Source: Paraphysomonas bandaiensis
Lineage: Eukaryota > Protista > Chrysophyceae
Assembly (NCBI GenBank): GCA_965644295.1
Contig: CBFFRP010000181.1
Coordinates: 195,214-259,213 of the forward strand
Direction: 5' to 3'
Length of the DNA stretch: 64,000 bases
The position numbers and the translations under genes are program-made. Numbering within the stretch: position 1 is the stretch's first letter; each line of letters opens with the position of its first letter. Below are positions 51,577 through 61,121 of this stretch, one piece after another. The notes beneath the pieces are model-generated. The model was not told the DNA's origin. It made no database searches and saw nothing but the letters and a program-made list of their open reading frames with translations.

Positions 51577-52893
51577 TCAACAGGTCTTTGAAGAGTCGCC
51601 TCCTGCCCATCCAAGAATACATCCCCCAAATGTTTCATCTGGGACAGACAGATTTCCAAAACTCGGTCCAGTGTTACAGTATGATGAGTAATGCCAGTAC
51701 GTATGGGATATATTTGCTGCCTCTGCAGCTTGCCACGCTTTACAGTCTCCGAATTCAGTCAAGAAGGTGGGAACATTCCAGGCTTCTCCGACTGCCATAG
51801 CATTCTGAACAGCATCGGCAGGGTCTGAGGGTTGACCATACCAGTGCCAGGCCAAAAAAACATTTTGTGATCCTTTTATCCAGTCGATGGTTTCGTCAGA
51901 GATAAGGGCGTCAGGAAACATCTTCGTCAGCCAAGCCGGCTCGATCATGCCCTCCCCACTGTCCTCGACACTCACGCTCATATCCGGGATAACCTCGTTG
52001 ATAGCTTCTCCACAGGCTCTCCAAGTGTCGAACATTTGAGTACGACGAATAGACATGGGTTCATTAGTGAGCTCCGCAGCATAGGCAGTCTTGTAGTCCA
52101 CTACAGCTTCAGCCAGGAGCCTCCAGTAACGTACGAAGTCGTCACGCCCAGGCCCCTCCTGCAACATATAGTCCATGGTTGCCTGATTGATGGTTGTATA
52201 ACCTAGACCACCAGGATTAGGACTATTCATCGCCAAACAGCACTCGTTCAAGAGGTTGTAATTCGGGTCGCCGGCATACTTCGCCCACTTCTCCTCGTCA
52301 TCACCACATACTTCATAGCCATCCACATTCTTCACATTCAGATCATGTATTAAATTATAAGGGAAACCAGTCGTGAGTGGTTTGCCAATTAGATCAGGAG
52401 CTGCTTTCTGAGAAAACCACATCGGTACGCCATTACCGCACCCAGCAGAGCTCGTCATATCACCATGATTATCCAACATCACATGAATTCCATTTTTATC
52501 AGTGAGTTCAAGAATTTTATGTAATCTTTCTACAAAATCAGGATCTAAAGCATTTTCATCTCTTGGTTGTGCTCCAGCCCATACAACACCAAGTCGAATC
52601 GAATTCCATCCCATTGATTTAATATGATCAATATCAGCTTGATTAAATGTATAACAACTTGTACATGTACCATCCGCTTGACACTCATCATTAACATTAT
52701 CATTACAATAAGTATTACCAGTGACATCAGGAAGATATGGGGGTCCTTTGACGACTACATTCGGACCCACGAGGACGATATCTTCGCCTGTGGATGATGA
52801 GATGAATCTCTGGTCTTTGATAATGATGCTACGGGGGATAGATGCAGCATTAATTGATATAAAAAGTGAATAGAGTATGAGTGTGGGTTTCAT
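51577..52893 (-). CDS. Secreted glycoside hydrolase family 5 (endoglycoceramidase/cellulase-like)
   Basis: Signal peptide MKPTLILYSLFISINA; GPNVVVKGPPY, GWNSIRLGVVWAG, LDNHGD, catalytic TNEP and TEFG. Confidence 0.87.
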   Translation of the reverse strand: MKPTLILYSLFISINAASIPRSIIIKDQRFISSSTGEDIVLVGPNVVVKGPPYLPDVTGNTYCNDNVNDECQADGTCTSCYTFNQADIDHIKSMGWNSIRLGVVWAGAQPRDENALDPDFVERLHKILELTDKNGIHVMLDNHGDMTSSAGCGNGVPMWFSQKAAPDLIGKPLTTGFPYNLIHDLNVKNVDGYEVCGDDEEKWAKYAGDPNYNLLNECCLAMNSPNPGGLGYTTINQATMDYMLQEGPGRDDFVRYWRLLAEAVVDYKTAYAAELTNEPMSIRRTQMFDTWRACGEAINEVIPDMSVSVEDSGEGMIEPAWLTKMFPDALISDETIDWIKGSQNVFLAWHWYGQPSDPADAVQNAMAVGEAWNVPTFLTEFGDCKAWQAAEAANISHTYWHYSSYCNTGPSFGNLSVPDETFGGCILGWAGGDSSKTC

Positions 52894-53425
52894 GAGGTAT
52901 GGTATTGTGTATAGGTATATATCTGTCTTAACCTTACTGGACTTAACTATAGCATAGGCAGGTACAGCTGTAGCTATATGCGTATCGGCAGTCAGCATCA
53001 TATTATTCGGAAATATATTGAAGCAAATATTCTCTATATTACTGTGATAAAACTACGGCTGTAATACAGATAATTATTGTCTCAATATTAGAGGCATCTT
53101 TGAACAAAAATATACAAAGGATGCAGATACGATGTTGGATAGTTTATACGTCTAGAGGTACGGCTGTATACATGTAGCAATACTGCTGTGTAGGAATTTC
53201 TTTGCATAGTAACGGGCTACATCAATCCCCGTAACCGGAAGAATAACCCCGGTACTTTTATTATATGGACCTGTCAGTGCATCCATCCGGTGGTAGAGGA
53301 GAGTTAATTGATGGCCATCGCATCTAGTCCACTTAACTTCCTCCACATACAGTCATCCTTCCATACATATATACTGTACCAATACACCATTCGAAGATAT
53401 ATTACGATAGTATTAATTAAATAAT

Positions 53426-55160
53426 ATGGAAGAATTTGGTGATAGTATGGATGATAAATGGTTGGAGAATGGAGAGTCTGGTGATGAAGACAATGAAAGA
53501 GAGGAAGAGACTATGGTACTTAATCCAGTATCAGTCAGACAGAGAATTGATGTATGTATGATATGATATATCATTATAGTATAATATGATATTATAGTCT
53601 GCATTGGAAATATTGGGAGACTTCAGTAACCGTCCTGATAAGAGTGTATCTCGTAAGGATATATTGGAAGGTTTATCAAGGTACGTTCCTGTGATGTTCT
53701 AGCAGAGATCTCTCTCTAATTTATCTTATAGAGATCTATCTGAGTATTATGGATATATTCCGGATTTGGTGGATGTGTTACTCGATATTTTTTCCCCTGC
53801 TGAGTGTGTGGAATATATGGATGCCAGTGACAGACCAAGGCCACTCGTCATACGCGCAAACACACTCAAAGTTACTAGAAAGGATCTTATGGAAGCTTTG
53901 AGCAAGAGAGGTGTTAATTTAGAGGCAATAGAGTGGTCCAAAGTAGCCATCAAAGTGACCGACTCGACCGTTCCTATTGGAGCTACTCCTGAATACTTGG
54001 CAGGTTACTATATGCTCCAGGCAGCAGCATCGCTCAATCCTGTTATGGCTCTTGCTCCTGTTCCGGGAGAAAGAGTCCTTGATATGTCTGCTGCACCCGG
54101 AGGGAAGACCTCCTATATTGCCCAACTCATGAAAAACAGCGGAACTGTAGTTGCCAACGACCTCAAGGCGCAGCGACAGAAGGCAACCGTCGCGAACTTA
54201 CACCGCATGGGTGTCAAGAATGCGATTGTCTGTTGCTATGACGGGCGAAAGATTCCTAAGATTATGCGCGGATTCGATCGCGTACTTCTGGATGCTCCCT
54301 GCTCTGGTTTGGGTATTATATCACGCGATCAGAGTGTAAAGTTGCAGCGATCCGCAAAGGACATTCAGCGCCTGGCCCACCTCCAGAAAGAACTTCTTTG
54401 CGCCGCCGTTGATGCCACGGACCCCAACTCCAAGTCTGGGGGCATTATTGTATACTCGACATGTTCAATATCTACTGAAGAAAATGAGCAGGTCGTACAG
54501 TACATTCTGCAGAAGAGACACGTCCGACTGGTGGAAACTGGCCTTGCTGTAGGACGACCGGGATTCACCAGATACAAGGAGAGGCGCTTCCACCCCTCAC
54601 TCGCCCTCACGAGAAGGTTTTATCCCCATGTGCACAACATGGATGGATTTTATGTTGCTAAGCTGCAAAAATATGCGAACGGTCCGAAGGGTGTTGCCGA
54701 TGATGACGAGGAGGGCAGCAGCAGCAGTGAAGTGGAAGACGATGACTCGGAGATGGACGAGGAGGAGAATCATGACAGTGGGGTGGAAGACGATGGCTCG
54801 GAGATAGAGGAGGAGGACAGCAGTGTCGATGATACACCTGTGAATAAAGAATATAATCATACCGCGAAAGCGACTGAAGGTCAGGACGCAGAAAAAAGTG
54901 GTAAAAGGAAGAGAAATGACAGCACGGAGAAGCGAAGCAAAGCTAAAGTGGAGAAGCGCAAACCCAGCAGTGAGAAGAAGGCCGCACCACCGACGCCGGA
55001 GCCCGAACCGCTTCCCGTTGTCACTCCTCAAAAGGAAGAAAAAATTCGCTCTAAGGACACACCAGATACATCTACCAGACTGACTGCCTCAGGAACGAAA
55101 CGTAGAAAAACAAATAGTATTAGATCACTTCGGGCCCAAGCCTCTGCGAAAAAGGGGTAA
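53426..55160 (+). CDS. NOP2: 25S rRNA m5C methyltransferase NOP2, 3 exons
   Basis: IRANTLK, IGATPEYLAGYYMLQ, LDMSAAPGGKT, FDRVLLDAPCSG, VYSTCS, RRFYPHVHNMDGFYVAKL. Confidence 0.96.
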
Positions 55161-55726
55161 TAACAGGTTACAAAGTATTTATAAGCATCGTAATATCGGT
55201 AGTGTGGGTAGTACTTGCTAAGTATGGCTGAGATATATGCAATGATTAATAATATTAATTATCTGTGATCTAGAGATCTAGAGTGTCTTGTCCAAGACCA
55301 TCGAGTCCATAGTATATACCTACGATACTATTCTGATATTCATTGGCTGTACTCCTTGAAGGACAGTGGCAACATTTTATAGTTGATCTAGCTGTCTCCT
55401 ATGCCTGCTTAGGTTTTTCGTATATGACTGTAAAACTAAGCTACAAGTAAGGAAGTTGTATCTTGGGTATCATCTAATTGGAGAGAAGACAGATTGAATA
55501 TTCCTCTCATGAATTATAAATTCACTGACAATCTCAATTTCGAAGCAGATTTATTTCACGTAAGTGCCATCAAAAATTTCCTGAGATAGCCGAATATCAA
55601 CTGAAAAACTTCTGGAAACTACAATACCGAGCTACATTCACGCACTACTATATACTATAAGCTAGATATAATATATTTATTTATGCCACAGAAGTAGTTA
55701 ACTGCACGCACTAGCTGCTGTTCTAT

Positions 55727-57115
55727 TCAATTCACTGCGTGTGGGATTGGGATGTATTTCTTCTCACCGTACCCTTTACACATTCCGAGAGAGTTCTTAT
55801 ACCGAGTGGCGGTGTATCTGTAAGACGAATCAATATGGAGGCTCTTCTCGAATGAATCGCGAAAGGAGAACCACTTATCGTGAAGATCCGTACAAAGAGC
55901 CTGGTTGCGAGGGTTGTTGTGGAATGTGCAAGTCCATGGTTTTTGGCAAATCGTGAAGTGCGCACTGGCGACATTTTCTATTCGCTGCAATCTACAGTCT
56001 TCACAAGTAGCATTTCCATCTAGACATCTGGTGGTTCCTGCTTTATAGGGATTGTCAACCATGCAATTGTAGATGCATCGGTTCAGCTCCTGACTTTCTC
56101 CCGGGTGTACACTATGATAAAAGTAAGCCAAAATTCCCTGTACAGTCTGGCCACCCCAAAAATTTCCAATATGGGAACCACCCCACCCTGCACTGCCGAA
56201 GTCACCCTTGCGAATAATTCCTCGCAACTCCTCAAAGCGCGACACAGAGGGTCGTATTACAAGAAATCCACCTGTCAATTCATCAACGGTACATTTTGCA
56301 ACATAAAACAGGCACCACCTTGAACAGGTGGTACAGGGGATCCTCCCTTCATGCCGTAGTCACCTGTAAATAGTAGTTCACTATTGATCTCGAACAACTC
56401 ATCCTACAACAATAGATACTAAAACACAAAAAGATGAATCGTTAAATTTCAAACCATATTCTTGTATATTATAGTATCCATATCAAGATGGACTACGCGA
56501 TGGTACTCAACCAGGGTGTAGGCCCATAGCTTGACGAACTCACTCGCACCGCAGCATCCACTATCCTTCATCTATATTCCATCCATTATCTTAAAAAGTA
56601 ATAAAACTATATTTTATTGATTGAGTCACCTTTGTTACGTAGTTTTTATTCTCTATTTCCTCTAAACTAACAGGAATGTCTCTTTCTAAAATGCGCCACC
56701 CGAAAGACGCCAAAACCTTTCTCGCATGAGTAACCTCTGGGGTGACAAACGCCACTAACTCAGCTGAATATTCCGTGGAATGCTTATGTGCCTCCATTGC
56801 AGAATATCCCAGTACCAATGCGCCATCTAGAAAGGGTCCATCTTTCGTTATCGTAATGGCATACGCGATCTTCTTAACTATAGTTGGTTTAGGCGGATTA
56901 TGCGGCTCTGTACGTGACTCATAATATGTAGAATTATTTCCACGTAATTTACTATTATGATACTCAATGGAGTGTCCATGTGATTGAGGCATATGTCCTT
57001 GTTGCTGCTGTTGTTGTCCATGTTGTTGTTGTTGTTGTTGAAATATATTAAAAAACACTAATAATCCCACTGATACAAACGCAAAGAGAATATATATGAT
57101 TGTCCTGACCTTCAT
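55727..57115 (-). CDS. Type-II membrane glycosyltransferase family 8-like protein, multi-exon
   Basis: N-terminal TM plus polyQ; FLDGALVLGYS, GCCGASEFVKLWAYTLVEYHRVVHLDMD (DxD), QGGFLVIRPS, HFTICQKPW. Confidence 0.87.
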
Positions 57116-57734
57116 ATCAAGTGTGTTTCAATTACTATTAATGGATTATCATTATTCTGTCTGTCGGTATGTATGTGTGTATATTTGGTCAAGGCGTCTA
57201 TCTTTATAGCATAGTAGACACTTAGCCATGACTCGGACAAGAGGACAGCTATACGGTGTATCAGCACACAGCAGTACTCTGTATATACACGGTATATATG
57301 CATACGTCCCGCTTAGATTACACTGTGGGTATACATATACATATACAGCATACCACAGCAAATATAGGAATACAGCGGTATATCAGCATACTGCAGTATA
57401 CCAGCCGTACTCTGTATACCTCTAATATACCGCTGTATACTGCTTCTAAAAGATGAAACTGCTAATGTCCAGCATACATACATATACATATACACACATA
57501 TCTAAGCGCTTATGTGTATGTACAGTATATGTATATACCTGTACACTTATACACCATACGCATCATACACTCTACTTGTGTATGTAACATGACAGATATG
57601 CCGTTAATAACTGACCATATAACCATAACATTCATCAGACTAGAAGCTATCTAAACACCCTTATTATCACAAGAGAATATACAGTATTCTCGATACTTAT
57701 ACAAGGGATTAAATATTAAATATCTATTGATAAG

Positions 57735-58912
57735 ATGATAAGCAGGTAGGCAGGGATTGATATGATGGTATGTAGCAATGAATTTATACACATTATTATA
57801 GGAAGAATAGACCAACTGATGGACCAGGAGCAAATCACTTAAGAGGTATTGAGGAAATCATGATATCATGAAGCTTTTTTTATAGTTGATGCAGGAGGAC
57901 CTCGGAATTACTCTAATAAGACAGCAGTGGGATCTTGGATTGAGAATGCTGGGGGTGCGTCGGGTTACCAGAGGGGGTTCACAACAGAAGAATTTATGAC
58001 AGAAGCGCAGCATCAGCAGAACGGAAATAGAAAACTTAAACTTTTCGGGGCTGGATTGCCTCAAGACGATCAGATTGAAGACCCAAGACAGGTTAGGGAT
58101 TTATTTCATCCTAAAACGGGACCGACATCTCGTGATTGGAAAACTAATACTCACCACATGATGGACAGCGTGCTTGTGAAAAAGGTTTGTTAGCCAAATT
58201 CTATGTAAGCGCGTACTTTTTGTTATGAATATATTTATAGACGGAACATAGCTATCGTGACGACTGCGTATCACCTAATAAGACCAGTAAGCACAATGTG
58301 GATGAGTACCGCGCCTCCTGGACGATGGACACAGCTGAGGGTCGCAAGCAGCGCTTTTTAACTGAGTCTAGACGGGCAGCTAATTCTGCTGTGAACGAAA
58401 ACTTCCAGGTACCGTGCCTACGATTAGTGCCGGGAACCCCTATCGGATTTGAGCGACTTCTGGAGGGCCTTACAGAACGATATGGGATCCTTGGTCTTAC
58501 TGCTTTCCGGGCAGCTCTTGGTGTCGGAGAAAAGGATTCAAGTGAGTTTCAGCAGGCGTTGAAGAGCTGCCAAGTAAAGCTTTCCAGGGTCGACTTCGCG
58601 CAAGTAATGGCACATTTGACCAAGGGTGAACGATTCTCTGCGGAGACATTGATGAGGGTCATCACACCCGATTCAGAGGATTTTGACCCCGCCAAGGCCA
58701 GAAGCAAATACTCCGCTGCATTTGGGGATGCCGAGAGTGTGTCTCCCGAAGAGGTGGCGGCTCTTTATCGTGGCATGGAGGCCCCTCTACTCCGCATGAT
58801 CCGTACGTACTGCACACCTGAGGGAACCATTGCGCCGGATGGATTCACACTTATGCATTCGGACATGTACCACTCAGTACCAATCAAGTACAAGGCAGTC
58901 ATCGATCAGTGA
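57735..58912 (+). CDS. Hypothetical protein: GNW-like motif N-terminus, degenerate calcyphosin-like EF-hand C-terminus, about 4 exons
   Basis: Spliced MISR-KNRPTDG..-DAGGPRNYSNKTAVGSWIEN..; ERYGILGLTAFRAAL..EFQQAL..KLSRVDFAQVM. Start codon uncertain. Confidence 0.55.
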
Positions 58913-59180
58913 GCAATTAGATACAGTGCTTCCTTGTTGTATCTGTAATTTATATATCTATTATATGCTATCGAGAGAACTGTGTTATATTTGGTTTTTA
59001 TTGAGTGGTGTATCTTGTTATATCTGCCACTTAACAAAGACAACGATTCGCGTGGTGGCATGTAGTTTTATAGCTGATAGTCATTCAGTATTTAAATTAA
59101 TTATCGAAAGAAACATAACATTTGAAACCTGACAGCTGTATAAACGGCTGCACATCATAATTGAATAAAATAAAAAAAAA

Positions 59181-59272
59181 GTTGTTACTAAGTGTGAATA
59201 GAAGTAAGTGTTACTAAGTAAGTGTTACTAAGTTGTTACTAAGTGTGAATAGAAGTAAGTGTTACTAAGTGT
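59181..59272. repeat. Compound tandem repeat (tgttactaag x5; 39-bp unit x2)
   Basis: gttgttactaagtgtgaatagaagtaagtgttactaagt occurs twice, directly after an A-tract. Confidence 0.85.
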
Positions 59273-59672
59273 CGAAAGGTTATGTAAGTAAAAGTTACGT
59301 TGTATCGAATGTTAGTTAATGGTAAAAATGAAACAAACTAAGACTAAGGAACAGATAGCAAAAAATATTACTAAATAAGTAGAAACAAACGATGCAGGAA
59401 GCAGTGTTAAGTCAGCCGACGGAAATGAATTGGTTTCAGTGAGCTGGTCATGATACCGTGATGTCTCCAGTTCGGCTGTTCGAGCTGCCACATGCTGCTG
59501 CTCGTTTAAAGTATCCATTCCCTTGCGGCGAATATTAGTAACGAATCATTTCATCCAGTGTATCTGGACAAGTAAGAGCATGCAATGTCTGATAGAAGGG
59601 ATCAGGACTGCGGTCTTCCATGATCGAACACTCTGCAGGATCGTCAGGCAAGGGAGTAAAATCTTCCTCAAG

Positions 59673-59734
59673 CTCCAGAGCGCAAGTAAAACTCCAGGAT
59701 TGTCAGGCAAGGGAGTTTTACTTGCGCTCTGGAG
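59673..59734. repeat. Perfect 23-bp inverted repeat with 16-nt spacer
   Basis: ctccagagcgcaagtaaaactcc / ggagttttacttgcgctctggag. Confidence 0.93.
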
Positions 59735-60225
59735 TATATTCTGGATACGAGTGTATGGATGGGAGTTCTATGAGCTCTACTGGGATGCCCTTCGCGCTAA
59801 CGAGAACAAAAGCGTCGTTTTTCATCGTCTTGTCCAAAAAAATATACCGCAGAAGCCAATCAGAAATGGAGCATGCCAATAAAGAAGTGTCACTCCAGGC
59901 AACACTCACTGTGAGGACACGAATCTTAGTCGTGATGATAACTCTGACTTGATTGCAGTGAAGTTGTGATTGTGTAGTAATCGCAAATGCGGCTGACTAA
60001 AGTGTGACGTCGAACAGAACATTGAAGTATGGGCAGGCACTGGTATGTGAACAGCGTTTTGGAACTCCAAGAAGCAGATAGGGATGGTTTGAGGGAACAA
60101 GATACCATCATCCAGCTGAAATCTTGATGTCGTGCTGCAGAAACCGCAACTTCAATTTTGAAGTAGCGAATGCCACGCACTTAGATAGTGATGTCTTGGA
60201 ATTCCAATAAGGCAACAATTCTGTG

Positions 60226-60386
60226 TGTGGGAATATAAGATCCAGCAGAATATGTCGATCCAGCAAAAAAATCCAGGTTTTTTTGATGCATGCTGTTTTT
60301 TGACGAATATATTTCAGAGAAATAACGAAAAAAGGTCGATTTTTTTGCTGGATCGACATATTCCGCTGGATCGACTTATTCCCACA
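60226..60386. mobile_element. MITE-like element with ~48-bp terminal inverted repeats
   Basis: tgtgggaata..gatccagcRgaatatgtcgatccagcaaaaaaatc at both ends in inverted orientation; no TSD identified. Confidence 0.65.
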
Positions 60387-61121
60387 GAAGGAATTTGAGA
60401 GAGCGAATACACTGTGAATCGTGCCATTATTAACTGTGAGTTCGTATTGCAAGCTTCATCACTATGCGGGAGAGCTATTGTGAAGGTTTATGCCTCATTA
60501 TCGACAAAATGAGCGTGACAAGTGGGTTCCCGTGACCTGTAGAAAAGCGGAGAGTGTATGTCTCGAGGTTATTGAAGACGACGCAAGCAAGCAGTATGCC
60601 TATTAGTATTGGAGGGGAGAAAAGCATTTGAAATGCGCAGTGAAAGTTCAGTCCGAGTACGTCGTTGATTCATGTGCTGATTTACAGCATGAAACCGTGT
60701 TTGAAATGGAAAAAGAAGACCATGCAGGTGAGGTAGTGGATATGCTCGACTTACTGAGCAATGCTCTCAGTCGTGGTAAAAAGAGAAATAATGTATCAGA
60801 AATGGCTTTAAGCTCCAGAGACTCCCGGCTAGTGTCAGGTAATAAGTATTGGTACTAGAGACTAGAGTAGTAGAGTGTGTAGCTGGAGTACTATTGGTCT
60901 GTTGAGTAATAATCAGTTCATTCATTGGGGTACAGTTATTGCTTTTCTGTTACATGCGCAAGCAATAATGAGAACTAGATGGTGTACTGTAATGAACTAT
61001 AAGATTAGGTGAAATTTAGCATATATCAAGATTTGTCGTTAATTTGCAGCAAACGCATGCATGTGTATGTTGGAAACGCTTAGGTCTTCGTAACCAAAGC
61101 AAGTGAAAGTTCTATGAATAT

